From: a virus | IMG/VR virus record: IMGVR_UViG_3300027631_000002 | Span: 64,001 to 128,000 of that record | Length of the DNA stretch: 64,000 nucleotides | Reading direction: 5' to 3' (one strand) | In this document: positions 17,785-28,111 of the stretch, in pieces | How the letters are laid out: every line of letters begins with the position of its first letter | How positions within the stretch are numbered: the first letter of the stretch is position 1 | Program-made: the position numbers and the translations under genes | Notes under the pieces: generated by a model | What the model saw: only the letters and a program-made list of their open reading frames with translations | Told to the model about the DNA's origin: nothing | Database searches by the model: none

Positions 17785-20700
17785 ATGGCAATTCAAATTG
17801 GAAAATACAAAAGACCTGGTATCTTCATCGAAGAAATTGACAAGTCTGTATTCAGTACAGCTACTGTAGAAGGAATAACTAACCTTGTGATGGGAGTTTC
17901 TAAAAAAGGACCTGTTAATACACCGATTAGACTAACAACTGTAAATGACTTAGAAACAGTTTTTGGTCAGTTGGATAGAAACTTGGAAAGAAAAGGTTCA
18001 TTTTTTCACAGAACGGTTTCTAAAATGCTAGAAACAAGTCCTGTCTATGCAATGAACTTAATGATAACTGATGATACATTAGATGTTATTGAATATAAAT
18101 CTTTGTCTTCTTCTGCATTAAAAACTAATGATATTAAGAGAGAAGGACCTTATAGAAGATTCTTTGATACAACTGGTTTCTGGAAAAAAGATACTGAATC
18201 ATTTATAAATTTAACAAAACCTAATACTGGATACTCTGATAGAGCATTAAGTTTTACTAACTTATCCGATAGATATATTACAGTTTTTGTAGTAAAAACT
18301 GCTGTATCTGGATTTGATAGAACTTTATTAGAATGGTATGGTTCTATTGAAAAAATGCCTGCTTATGTAAGTACTGTAGATTATGCATCTGACTATATGG
18401 TTGATGTTATAGTTGTAGGTGGTGATTGGTCTAATTACAAAGAATTGGCGGTTGATAACAGATGGGGTCAATATTTTAATGCAGATGGTTTAATTAAAGG
18501 TCAATTAAGAAATTTTGCAAATGATAGAAATATGACTTTATTAGCTTATTATGAAGGTTTGTCATTGATTCCATATTTTAGAGATTTAAACGGTAAAAAT
18601 ATATTTATCGAAACAACAATAAATAGAGATACTGATTCAACAGGTTTATACTGTGCATTTAATGCAGACTTAGTAGAACAAGACTTCTATACTGGTTTAG
18701 TTGACCTTATAGGTGGTACTTTAGTTGGTTCTGAGAAAAAAACTATTGATTTCTTATCTTATAAAGAAACTATTGTAGAGTCAGTAGAATTTGCACAAGT
18801 TCCATTGGATTTACCTGGAAATGTTGTTGCTTTATTTGGTACTTACTCATACATTGATCAAATGGGTCACGCTTATGGTGATCCTGCTCAATCTGGTGTA
18901 GTTACCGGTGGTAAAAATAGAACTGCTTGGTTTACAGAAGGTGCTGTATTACACGTTAGTGTTTTAGAAGGTGGTCAACCTGGTTCTGGATATACTTATG
19001 CAGGATCTGGTACTTCATCAACAATAAATGTTAAATATTTAGCAGATAATTCACAATTTGAACCATTCTGTATTATAGGTGGACAATATGTTACAGTTGT
19101 AGGTGGTACTGTATCAACTACATTGAGATCGGTAAACTATCCTTATAGTAATGCAACTGCAAGTTATACAACTGCATTTACTCTTAACTCAAGTGGAGTT
19201 ATTTCAAGTGTTAGTAGTTATTCTGCTGGTAACAATCCATCAGTTGGTGCAAGTGATATAGTTTTAGGTTATTTAACAGTTGATATTTTTCAAGGTGGAT
19301 TTATTGAATCATCTATAGACTTTTCACCGGTTGCAATAAGTACATCAGGTGGTATATTTGATTTTGTTGTTCCTGAATATGTTGATGGTGTTTATCTTAC
19401 TGATGGTGTTTCTAATGACCTTGGATTCGGTACAAACTCAACAGTTCATGACTATTATGTTTATGATTTAAGTAATACTCCTGGTTATACACAAGGTGAT
19501 GTTCAATTAGTTTTCTGGGGAACAAATGCTGCGGCAGCTTCTAAAAACTATAATCAATATAGAAAAATAAAAATTTTTAATACAATTTTATCTTTCATCA
19601 ATAGTTCTTATAAAGATAGAGCTACTATGATTGTGAGTGAAGATATAACTGGAAATAGAACTAAGAAAAGTCTAGCAGATATGACTGTAACAAATATAGT
19701 TACTTCAACATCTCAAAACAAATCTTTTGTACTTAAAACTGGTTTATCTGATGTGTCTTACATAGCAGGTGAAGGTAGATTGATTTTCTATAAAGAAGAT
19801 AATGAGTTTATACTAGGTACTGATGGATTACTTACTACTAATATCAGTGCTACTCCAGTACAAGGTGTTGTTGCTAAATATTCTACATTCTATGAAAAAT
19901 ACTTTAATGGTTTGATCAATACTGGTGACTACTTCTATGATAATAGATTACTTGCGGGATCTGATGGAATTGTTAATGATTTTATTGATAATGATGGTAA
20001 TGTCTTAAAAGTAAATGTTACTTTTGTAAATGGTGAAGCTTCTCCAAGTCCAACTAATATAACTGTAACATCTGGTGTTACTGGAGATTATGCAGGATAT
20101 AACTATATTGTTTTTGAAGTAACTGGACTTACTGGTGTTCAAGCAGAGGCTGCTTTAGATTTAGGTCAATTGGAAGAAATTTCATTCCCTCAATCTGAGA
20201 GTAATACTGGTGTATTTACAGTAGTTCAAAACACTGTTCATCCAGAAGATAGTGCAGTTGAATTGGCACAGGCATTAGGATTTACTGCAAGTAATAATTT
20301 CTTTGCGTATACTGTATCTGAGAATGTTACGTTTGAACAAGTATCGGATGTTACTATGGTTTATAATAATTTAGATAAACATTATTTAAAAATGCTTCTA
20401 AATTTAGATGGTACTTTAGAAGTAGACTTTACAGAAAAAACTTTAGAATCAACAGAAAATATTGATATAGAAACTAATTTTACATTTAATATACAGTCAG
20501 AATTAAGTAACTTAAAACAAACTATTGAAATTGAAACACCATCTGGATATGTTGAAGTTCCTAATAAGATTTTAGTAAATGGTTCAAGATATACTGAATT
20601 AAAAGTTGGTGATTTCTTATTAGCAGATAATGAAAATGTTGAATTGGCAATTGGTCAAACTCAACAAAGAAATCTTACAAGAGTTTTAAGTAAAAGACAA

Positions 20701-21879
20701 TATGCTGGTAATACTAGTTTATCTGAAATTACTTGTGATGCAAAAATATTAAAAACTCCATATACTAATGATGCGGGTACTGTAGATTACCAAACAACAA
20801 GATATTCAACTGTTGATCAATATTCAACAACTTACAAAGGTATTGCGATGAAAGGATTTAGAATTAGACAAGCTTCTTTACCAGATGGTACTGAAACTAG
20901 ACAAAATCAAGTTTTAAACTTGGTTGCTAAAGGAACTCCATTATTCAAAGCTTTAATCAATAAAGAAGCATTTGACTTTAGATATTTAATAGATTCATTT
21001 GGTCTAGGTTTGACTGAAAGATCAAAGCAACAATTAGTAGATATTTGTGGTGAAAGATTAAATGTATTTGGTTTCATAAATATGCCATCATTAAAATCAT
21101 TCAAAAACTCTTCATCTCCTAGTTTCGTAAACAATGAAGGTACTTTACAAGTTGAGTTTATTGCTAAAGGTGGTGACCCAGAAAGTAATCCTGCATTCCT
21201 TTACTCATTCGGTGATGGAACTGGTGTTTCTACAGTTGGTTATTTCACACCTTACTTAACAGTAAATGACAATGGTAGACCATTAGATTTCCCACCGGCA
21301 TCTTATGTAGCAACTACTTTTATGAGAAAACATATTTCTAATGTAAGTTCAGTTACTCCTTGGACAATTGCGGCTGGTGTTACAAATGGTAGAATTACAA
21401 ATATTGCGGGTGTTGAACACGAATTTGATCCAACAGATATTGAATTCTTAAACCAAGCACAAATGAATCCAATTGTATTCAAAAGAAATAGAGGATTTGT
21501 GATTGAGACAGAAAATACTGCTTTAACACTTTATAAATCAGCATTATCTTTAATCCACGTGAGAGAAGTTTTAGTTGAGTTAGAAAGAGAACTTTCTTCA
21601 ATGTTACTTGATTACCAATGGAAATTCAATACTCCTGATGTTAGAGCTGAAATTAAATTAAGAGCTGACGTTATTTGTGAAACTTATGTAAACAGAAATG
21701 GTTTATATAACTACTTCAACAAAATGGATGACGAGAATAATACATCTGATATTATTGATAGTCAAATTGGAGTTCTTGATACTTATGTAGAACCAATTAA
21801 AGGTATGGGTATCATTGTAAACAATGTTACAATTTTAAGAACTGGTGCTATTGCAGCTGGAGGATTCCAAAACGCATAA
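17785..21879 (+). CDS. gp18: tail sheath protein, unusually large (1364 aa)
   Basis: N-terminal RPGIFIEEIDKS...GVSKKGPVNTP; C-terminal PPASYV, AGVTNG, NPIV, IHVREVL, YVEPIKGM sheath core. Confidence 0.93.
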   Translation: MAIQIGKYKRPGIFIEEIDKSVFSTATVEGITNLVMGVSKKGPVNTPIRLTTVNDLETVFGQLDRNLERKGSFFHRTVSKMLETSPVYAMNLMITDDTLDVIEYKSLSSSALKTNDIKREGPYRRFFDTTGFWKKDTESFINLTKPNTGYSDRALSFTNLSDRYITVFVVKTAVSGFDRTLLEWYGSIEKMPAYVSTVDYASDYMVDVIVVGGDWSNYKELAVDNRWGQYFNADGLIKGQLRNFANDRNMTLLAYYEGLSLIPYFRDLNGKNIFIETTINRDTDSTGLYCAFNADLVEQDFYTGLVDLIGGTLVGSEKKTIDFLSYKETIVESVEFAQVPLDLPGNVVALFGTYSYIDQMGHAYGDPAQSGVVTGGKNRTAWFTEGAVLHVSVLEGGQPGSGYTYAGSGTSSTINVKYLADNSQFEPFCIIGGQYVTVVGGTVSTTLRSVNYPYSNATASYTTAFTLNSSGVISSVSSYSAGNNPSVGASDIVLGYLTVDIFQGGFIESSIDFSPVAISTSGGIFDFVVPEYVDGVYLTDGVSNDLGFGTNSTVHDYYVYDLSNTPGYTQGDVQLVFWGTNAAAASKNYNQYRKIKIFNTILSFINSSYKDRATMIVSEDITGNRTKKSLADMTVTNIVTSTSQNKSFVLKTGLSDVSYIAGEGRLIFYKEDNEFILGTDGLLTTNISATPVQGVVAKYSTFYEKYFNGLINTGDYFYDNRLLAGSDGIVNDFIDNDGNVLKVNVTFVNGEASPSPTNITVTSGVTGDYAGYNYIVFEVTGLTGVQAEAALDLGQLEEISFPQSESNTGVFTVVQNTVHPEDSAVELAQALGFTASNNFFAYTVSENVTFEQVSDVTMVYNNLDKHYLKMLLNLDGTLEVDFTEKTLESTENIDIETNFTFNIQSELSNLKQTIEIETPSGYVEVPNKILVNGSRYTELKVGDFLLADNENVELAIGQTQQRNLTRVLSKRQYAGNTSLSEITCDAKILKTPYTNDAGTVDYQTTRYSTVDQYSTTYKGIAMKGFRIRQASLPDGTETRQNQVLNLVAKGTPLFKALINKEAFDFRYLIDSFGLGLTERSKQQLVDICGERLNVFGFINMPSLKSFKNSSSPSFVNNEGTLQVEFIAKGGDPESNPAFLYSFGDGTGVSTVGYFTPYLTVNDNGRPLDFPPASYVATTFMRKHISNVSSVTPWTIAAGVTNGRITNIAGVEHEFDPTDIEFLNQAQMNPIVFKRNRGFVIETENTALTLYKSALSLIHVREVLVELERELSSMLLDYQWKFNTPDVRAEIKLRADVICETYVNRNGLYNYFNKMDDENNTSDIIDSQIGVLDTYVEPIKGMGIIVNNVTILRTGAIAAGGFQNA

Positions 21880-21896
21880 TCACTTAAATAAATATT

Positions 21897-21926
21897 AAAA
21901 CCCTTAGAGAAATCTAAGGGTTTTTT
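21897..21926 (+). terminator. intrinsic terminator after sheath
   Basis: AAAACCCTTAGA-GAAA-TCTAAGGGTTTT. Confidence 0.85.
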
Positions 21927-22007
21927 ATTTTAAACCAATTAGTTATTATTTAATATAATAGAGACATTGATTGTATCAATATATAAATAAAAAATAATAA
22001 TTAAATT

Positions 22008-22955
22008 ATGCCAGATAATAAGAAAGATATGAGTGAAGAAGATTACCTAAAAAGACATTTAGGTGATATAGACACTAATAAAAAAAGTAATACACCAAGT
22101 TCATTTGATGATACTATCACTGAACCAGTACTTGAAAGTACAAGAACTAGTGATCTACAATATTTTAGCTTTGATGTTAGAGACTTTCCTTGTGGAAAAT
22201 TCTATCCAATTGGAACTATGTTTATGGTTAGACCTGCACAAGTTAGAGAAATTCAAGCTTACTCAATGGTGGATGATAATAACTTCTATGATGTAGTTGA
22301 AAAAATGAATGATATGTTACAAGCATGTGTTCGTATTAAATATACTGATGGTAGAGTAGGTTCTTTTTTAGAAGTGAAAGATCAAGATAGAATTTATTTA
22401 ATTTTCTTAATTAGAGAACTAACATTTCAGCAAGGTAACTCATTGACCGTAAATGCAAAATGTACCTGTGGTGAAGAATTAGCAATAGAATTAAAAAGAG
22501 ATAACTTTAGATTCCATAAAATTGATGAGAAATTGGATAAATTTTATTCACCTGCATCAAGTTCATTCTCATTTAAAACAATAAACGGTGGTCAGTTTGA
22601 AATAACTCCTCCAAACATTGGATTACAAAAAGCTTTTACTGATTATATCATTAAAGAAAATAATGAGAAAAGTACTCCTAATTTATCTTTCTTAAAAATT
22701 ATTCCATTTATGTTAAATGGTAGATCAAGTATTACTTATGATGGAATTAAAGCAAAATTAAAAGAATTTCAAGAAATGGATGATATTTCATTTCAGTTTT
22801 TAAATGCCGCTATAGGTAAAATGACTTTCGGTATTGAAAAACTTGGTAAGGCTTGTACGTGTGGTGAGGAGGTTACCACAGAAATGCAGTTTCCCAACGG
22901 AACGTCAGGTATTTTCGTTATTCATGATGCCTTTGAAGCATATATTAAAGAATAA
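22008..22955 (+). CDS. baseplate hub assembly protein (T4 gp26-like)
   Basis: FP..GKFYP, VRPAQVREIQ, DRIYLIFLIRELTF and two C-x-C-G-E-E zinc motifs; located between sheath and tube. Confidence 0.7.
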   Translation: MPDNKKDMSEEDYLKRHLGDIDTNKKSNTPSSFDDTITEPVLESTRTSDLQYFSFDVRDFPCGKFYPIGTMFMVRPAQVREIQAYSMVDDNNFYDVVEKMNDMLQACVRIKYTDGRVGSFLEVKDQDRIYLIFLIRELTFQQGNSLTVNAKCTCGEELAIELKRDNFRFHKIDEKLDKFYSPASSSFSFKTINGGQFEITPPNIGLQKAFTDYIIKENNEKSTPNLSFLKIIPFMLNGRSSITYDGIKAKLKEFQEMDDISFQFLNAAIGKMTFGIEKLGKACTCGEEVTTEMQFPNGTSGIFVIHDAFEAYIKE

Positions 22956-23178
22956 ATTATTACTTCAAAAACATTTCCATACTCAGGAAGCAGCAATGGA
23001 TGAATGGCCTTTTTGGATGCTTGAAGAAAACATTAAATTAGTTAATGAAATTCTTGAAGAAGAAGACAAAAACCAGAAAAAAGAAGAAGAGGGTCAAAGA
23101 GGTTCAATGCCAGATACTGGATCAATGATGAAAAGTGCTCAAAGTATGACAGGAAATATGCAAATGCCTAAATTCTAA
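22924..23178 (+). CDS. baseplate hub assembly chaperone (gp51-like)
   Basis: LLQKHFHTQEAAMDEWPFWMLEENIKLV...EEE follows the gp26-like gene; start moved to 22924. Confidence 0.55.
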   Translation: MMPLKHILKNKLLLQKHFHTQEAAMDEWPFWMLEENIKLVNEILEEEDKNQKKEEEGQRGSMPDTGSMMKSAQSMTGNMQMPKF

Positions 23179-23191
23179 AATAGATAAAAAT

Positions 23192-23220
23192 AAAAAATCC
23201 ATCAAATTGATGGATTTTTT
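23192..23220. terminator. bidirectional intrinsic terminator
   Basis: AAAAAATCCATCA-AAT-TGATGGATTTTTT. Confidence 0.85.
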
Positions 23221-23240
23221 TATTTTAATATAAGATGATA

Positions 23241-23861
23241 TTAGTAACCAGAAACCAACGGTGGGTTGATTGTAAAGTTGTTATCAATATACTCATCAAT
23301 GAAGTAATCATATGTGAAAGTACCACTAACGTTATCTATGATATTATTTGAACTCCAATCAAGTGAATATCCTGTTAGTTTATATAATTGACAGTTTTGA
23401 AAGGTAACTCTTCTCAAAACAACTCCTTTTTTATCATGTTGATTTACAATAATAGTACCAATCAAATCACTTTTATAGTGAAGTGCTCCATTTTGAGAGT
23501 TGAATGCTAAGTCATACCAAGCTTTCATAGTATTCCAGTTCTCCAAAGAACCCTGTTGATTAACATTAACCTGAATAGGAATAACAATCTCACCCGAAGT
23601 TTTTGTAGGAGTTGAAAGAAACTCTCTTGTAGAGTATTTGAATCTCTGTTGTTTAGAAGTTATATCAAATTCTGTTAAGTTAAGATCGATCTTAGTTGCA
23701 TTTTGTAATAACAAGATCGGATCTCTACCTTGTGCTTGTAAGATAACAGGTAATATAAATGTTATCTCAAATAAGTTTAAATATACTACTTCGTCAGGAA
23801 GAGTTCCTGGTCCTCCAGGTGAGCCTACTCCTTGTAGTTGGGTAAAATGAGGTAATGGCAT
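23241..23861 (-). CDS. gp19: tail tube protein
   Basis: NLFEITF, FKYSTR, WYDLAFNSQNG, YKSDLIGTIIVNQHDKKG...TFQNC, TFTYDY. Confidence 0.85.
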   Translation of the reverse strand: MPLPHFTQLQGVGSPGGPGTLPDEVVYLNLFEITFILPVILQAQGRDPILLLQNATKIDLNLTEFDITSKQQRFKYSTREFLSTPTKTSGEIVIPIQVNVNQQGSLENWNTMKAWYDLAFNSQNGALHYKSDLIGTIIVNQHDKKGVVLRRVTFQNCQLYKLTGYSLDWSSNNIIDNVSGTFTYDYFIDEYIDNNFTINPPLVSGY

Positions 23862-23940
23862 ATGCTTTTTTATTATTTTTTGTTTAACTTGAATAACAAA
23901 TTATTAAATTATATATTTACTTTTCTGTATTCTCTATCTC

Positions 23941-23949
23941 TATATATTA
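23941..23949 (-). promoter_or_regulatory. putative late promoter TAATATATA
   Basis: Exact motif upstream of the tail tube. Confidence 0.6.
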
Positions 23950-23972
23950 TAATAAAAAAACGTTTTTTTTCT

Positions 23973-23998
23973 AACTTTGTAGATAAATATCATATAAA
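23973..23998 (+). promoter_or_regulatory. putative middle-type promoter
   Basis: AACT-N16-TATAAA before gp47. Confidence 0.5.
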
Positions 23999-24017
23999 TA
24001 AAAAAGAATTTTTATTG

Positions 24018-25136
24018 ATGAGAGTTTTTATGATAACTGATACACATTTCGGTATTTATCTTAATAATTTAGATAAGTGGTTGAATATGATGGAGTCAAC
24101 GTTTTATGAGTTTGTTATACCTTACTTAAAAGAAAATGTAAAAGAAGGTGATGTTTTAATACATCTTGGTGATCTATTTGATAATAGAACTAGTTTACCT
24201 ATTATTGTTTTGAATAAAGTAGAAAAAATACTTAGAGAACTAGCTAAAATTCTTCCTGTTCATATAATGGTTGGAAATCATGATCTGTGGAATAAAGGAT
24301 CTAATGAAGTAAACTCTGTTAGATTATATGGTTATATCGATAACATTACTGTATATGAAGAAACAACAATCTTACAATTAGGTGGTCAAAGAATTGTTTT
24401 AATGCCTTGGGTTGAAAAACGTTTAGATATGGTCAATGAAATTAGATCTAATCAAGGTGATTATCTAATGTGTCACTCTGACTTAAATGGATGTAAAATG
24501 CACCTTAATTCAGTTGCTCACAGAAATGCTGATAAGATTGATGTAGAAGATTTTAAGTCGTATAAGAGAGCTTTCTCTGGCCATATTCACCTTTTGCAAC
24601 ATAATAAAAATTTCACGTTTATAGGGTCTTTATATCAAATGGACAGAAATGATTATGGTGATCAAAAGGGAATAACAATATTAGATTTATCTAATGATGA
24701 AGTAAGTTTTATTCCAAATACATTTTCTCCAGTATTCAGAAAATATAATGTTATTTCAGAAACTGATGTTGATGGGTTAGATGCTTTAAGAAATTCAAAA
24801 GATTATATCGATTTATCTATTTCAAATAACTTACTTATTAGTAATAGAAAGTTAAGAAGAAAGTTAGAAGTTTTATTAGAAAACAGTGGATTTTCTTCTG
24901 TTGATTATATTGATGATATAGTTACTAAGGTTGACGAATCTGTTGATACAACACCTGATGAAGAATTTGATGAAGAAAAATTAGATATTTCTATACAACT
25001 TGATTATTCGGATTATATAAAAGAGTATATAAACAAACAAAAGTATGATAATGATACTTTTAGAGAAGGAGTAGTAACTGAATATGATGAGGTTATTAGA
25101 ATTTATAATGAGAACTATAGTTCTAAAAAAGATTAA
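24018..25136 (+). CDS. gp47: recombination endonuclease subunit (Mre11/SbcD-like)
   Basis: ITDTHFG, HLGDLFDNR, VGNHD, SGHIH, GSLYQ metallophosphoesterase motifs; start moved to 24018. Confidence 0.92.
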   Translation: MRVFMITDTHFGIYLNNLDKWLNMMESTFYEFVIPYLKENVKEGDVLIHLGDLFDNRTSLPIIVLNKVEKILRELAKILPVHIMVGNHDLWNKGSNEVNSVRLYGYIDNITVYEETTILQLGGQRIVLMPWVEKRLDMVNEIRSNQGDYLMCHSDLNGCKMHLNSVAHRNADKIDVEDFKSYKRAFSGHIHLLQHNKNFTFIGSLYQMDRNDYGDQKGITILDLSNDEVSFIPNTFSPVFRKYNVISETDVDGLDALRNSKDYIDLSISNNLLISNRKLRRKLEVLLENSGFSSVDYIDDIVTKVDESVDTTPDEEFDEEKLDISIQLDYSDYIKEYINKQKYDNDTFREGVVTEYDEVIRIYNENYSSKKD

Positions 25137-25137
25137 A

Positions 25138-25338
25138 ATGAGGGCAGAAAACGTATTTGAAAGAATTACAAATGGTATATTATATAACCGTAATTTAAAA
25201 GTTTATACAAAAGATTATTTAGAAGGAATTGTAAGAGAACTTGAGCAACAAGAGCAGTTTGAGAAATGTATAAAATTAAATGAATTTATAAGTAAGAGAT
25301 TTAATCACGAGTTAAATTACAAAAACCCTATTATATAG
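25138..25338 (+). CDS. small protein with UVR-like motif
   Basis: LEQQEQFEKCIKLNEFI; starts 1 nt after the gp47 stop. Confidence 0.6.
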   Translation: MRAENVFERITNGILYNRNLKVYTKDYLEGIVRELEQQEQFEKCIKLNEFISKRFNHELNYKNPII

Positions 25339-26458
25339 GGTTTTTGTAATTACTCTTTATCTTGTTTGCCAGTTCCTTTGACTTAGTTATATTACCATGT
25401 TCTGTACCAGGTATGATAATTGACGTTGCTTTACCTGTAGTACATTCAGTAACTTCTTTTTCAATTGATGCTATATCTTCTTTCGGCTTAGCTTTGCCCT
25501 CTTTATTACCAGCCAGTAAAGAAATTACTTCAACACCTTCCAATTTAGGTAATCTTCCTTTACCTGTTTTTTTTGTGCCGTCCATTTTTAGTTCAGAGAT
25601 CTCTATTGGTGTTGTTTCCCTACCCAGTCCAAGCTTCTTTAATGTGTCTTGTTCAACAAAATTTATAAGATTGATAACATCACCTTCTTTAAACGTCATA
25701 CTTTCTACTTCTTTTGGCATAACACTATATCTTTCTTTGAAGTTAGTAGTGTCATACTTATCTTCAATTATATAAACTTCATCTGGAGTTTTCTCATTTA
25801 TAACTTTGGCCGCTGCATCTAATTTAGTATTATCTGGTGGAAAATCTTTACCCAAATATTCTATATAGTTTCCTTTATTTGCTTTTCTGAAATCAACCAA
25901 CTCTTTTTCTGTGTATATTCTTTTAATGGATTTTTCTTCTTCTTCCGTGGAATTTACACCCAATCTAGCTTTACTAATCACTCCCATCGGAGTTGCCATA
26001 GCTGCTCTTGGTGTATTACCTTTAACTATACCTATTGCAAACTCTTCTGTGGAATCAGGGATACCGCTATCTATAAAGAATAATTGGTTATTGAACTTTT
26101 TTGATCCCGACAAAGCACTTGCTAAGTGCCAAGCAATTGCACCACCTATAGAGAATCCACCTACTGCGCACGTCTTAATATTGGGATCAGCCTCTATCTC
26201 CTTTGCAATTTTGTTGGCATAGTCTCTCACATTAAACTCATTGATAAAATTTGCAGTATATACGGAGAAATCATTACCAGGATCGTCAGCCAATGCTTGG
26301 AAATCATCATCACCTTGACCACCATCTTTACCTGCTCCTGGTAGTAGTATAAGTGTTTTATTTCCTTCATTAGAAAGTTGGTAAAGAATACCTTTAGTTT
26401 CTTCTTTATTTTCCTCTTTACTTTCTAAAAAAGATTCATAAGGTTTTAAATATCTCAT
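25331..26458 (-). CDS. alpha/beta hydrolase (thioesterase-like) with capsid-targeting-like leader
   Basis: Starts MRYLKPYESFLE; GFSIGG nucleophile elbow, FFIDSG, C-terminal PGTEHGNI. Confidence 0.8.
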   Translation of the reverse strand: MRYLKPYESFLESKEENKEETKGILYQLSNEGNKTLILLPGAGKDGGQGDDDFQALADDPGNDFSVYTANFINEFNVRDYANKIAKEIEADPNIKTCAVGGFSIGGAIAWHLASALSGSKKFNNQLFFIDSGIPDSTEEFAIGIVKGNTPRAAMATPMGVISKARLGVNSTEEEEKSIKRIYTEKELVDFRKANKGNYIEYLGKDFPPDNTKLDAAAKVINEKTPDEVYIIEDKYDTTNFKERYSVMPKEVESMTFKEGDVINLINFVEQDTLKKLGLGRETTPIEISELKMDGTKKTGKGRLPKLEGVEVISLLAGNKEGKAKPKEDIASIEKEVTECTTGKATSIIIPGTEHGNITKSKELANKIKSNYKNPI

Positions 26459-26715
26459 AATTTCTGTAATCTTATTTTTAAGTCTCCAGTTCCTTTTATA
26501 ACTCTGTGATAAATTCCCATTGGTATAAAAACTTCACCTTGAATAACTTTTGGTAATTCATCATCTAATTGTATTTGCCAATCTGTTTCTCCAATAGATT
26601 CAATTATTCTATCTTCTCTATCACGATGCCAAACGTAATCTCCAGAGTCAGTATCTTGTTTAAACTCTCTGATAAATACATTATCGGATACTATTTCTTC
26701 TTTAAACGGTAACAT
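26455..26715 (-). CDS. cupin-like small protein
   Basis: VWHRDREDR...FIPMGIYHRVIKG. Confidence 0.7.
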   Translation of the reverse strand: MLPFKEEIVSDNVFIREFKQDTDSGDYVWHRDREDRIIESIGETDWQIQLDDELPKVIQGEVFIPMGIYHRVIKGTGDLKIRLQKL

Positions 26716-27107
26716 TAGCTTACTATTTCTTTATATCTTTCTTTGAATTTATCAATTTTGTCTAACCAATTATCTTTCACATCACAATCTTTCACATAGT
26801 TTTTAACTCTTGGTTCAATATATAATAAAAGTTCTCTTATCTGACCTATAAATGTAGATAACATTTTAGGATTATTATATAATAAACTAAGATTATCAAT
26901 TAGTTCAGCATATGTTTTTCCATTTATAAGAGGCTCTCTAAGTCTTTTCATCATAGAACTCAATTCATCAGTTGCGGTTTGATCAACACCCATTTTAGTT
27001 ATTTGTGAAAATCCCATTGTTATCAACATACCAAAATCAAACAAAAAATCATTGATAAACTTTTTGTTAGCAGATTCAAATATTTTATATTCTTTTAAAT
27101 ATCTCAT
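26715..27107 (-). CDS. leader-bearing hypothetical protein
   Basis: Starts MRYLKEYKIFES. Confidence 0.75.
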   Translation of the reverse strand: MRYLKEYKIFESANKKFINDFLFDFGMLITMGFSQITKMGVDQTATDELSSMMKRLREPLINGKTYAELIDNLSLLYNNPKMLSTFIGQIRELLLYIEPRVKNYVKDCDVKDNWLDKIDKFKERYKEIVS

Positions 27108-27139
27108 ATTATTTATTTTCTTTTATCATAAAGAATTCA

Positions 27140-27715
27140 TTACCAAAAGCCTGGATAAGACTTTCCAAAAATATGAGAATATTTGTTAATCCGACACGCC
27201 CAGTACCCCGCTGTAGTTTTATCTTTTTTCAAATGGCATTTATGTCTTGCTGCAAATGATTTTCTTGCTTTAGGATCACTTACTTTGGCAGTTAAACCAC
27301 CATGAACATCACCAAATGAAATCTTTTTAACATTACCAGTTTTAGGATTTTTAACAAAAACGTGATATTTCTTAGCACCACCTCTCATAGGTTTATTTAA
27401 CTCTACTTCTTTACCTTGGTATTCTGCTTCATTTAATTCATGTATAGTCTCCATTGGTAAATCTAAAGGAACTGAAACTCCTTCATACTCAGCAAATCTA
27501 CCTATATCAGTTGATTCAAATAATTCAGTATCTAAGTCTGATAATTCAATTTGATTGTTATCAAATAATTGTCTTGCTTCTTTGATTAGATTAAAGTATT
27601 GATTAGAACCAGGTCTAAACACATTTTCAACAATAGGTTTATTATTATCAATGTGGTATTGTAGATTTTCTGATATTCTACCAGAAAAAGATTCAAATAG
27701 TTTTAAGTATTTCAT
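27140..27715 (-). CDS. leader-bearing protein with basic C-terminal domain (FG...RKSFAARHKC...AGYWAC)
   Basis: Start moved to MKYLKLFESF at 27715; the C-terminal domain resembles a family I recall from T4-like cyanophages and large DNA viruses. Confidence 0.75.
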   Translation of the reverse strand: MKYLKLFESFSGRISENLQYHIDNNKPIVENVFRPGSNQYFNLIKEARQLFDNNQIELSDLDTELFESTDIGRFAEYEGVSVPLDLPMETIHELNEAEYQGKEVELNKPMRGGAKKYHVFVKNPKTGNVKKISFGDVHGGLTAKVSDPKARKSFAARHKCHLKKDKTTAGYWACRINKYSHIFGKSYPGFW

Positions 27716-27716
27716 A

Positions 27717-28091
27717 TTATTTAAACATTTTTTTAAATTTTTCAGGTGCATTGTCTAATTCTAAAACTCTTGCATTTATAGTTTTGATACCATTTTTAAG
27801 ACATTTTGCTACTCTATGTTGACCATCTAGAACCATTGTAAACTTACCATTTCTTCTAGAAACTAGTATTGGAAATTCTAAATCTGCACTATCTACTCTA
27901 TTTGGATCCCTCTCAACATCTATAATAATATCTTTAAGTAATTCTGTTTCTAGTTCTTCAACTGGTATTCCTTTTTCATCTAGGTATTCAATAACATCAG
28001 TTATTGTTATTTTGTTTCCATCGTTATCTGCCCAAGAGGTATTCAGACCAGTATCAGATGTAAAATCCTCAAATATCTTTAGGTATTTCAT
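27717..28091 (-). CDS. ParB/Srx-like domain protein with leader
   Basis: Starts MKYLKIFEDF; ADLEFPILV...VLDGQHRV. Confidence 0.75.
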   Translation of the reverse strand: MKYLKIFEDFTSDTGLNTSWADNDGNKITITDVIEYLDEKGIPVEELETELLKDIIIDVERDPNRVDSADLEFPILVSRRNGKFTMVLDGQHRVAKCLKNGIKTINARVLELDNAPEKFKKMFK

Positions 28092-28111
28092 TTTAGTAAA
28101 ATAATTTTTAT

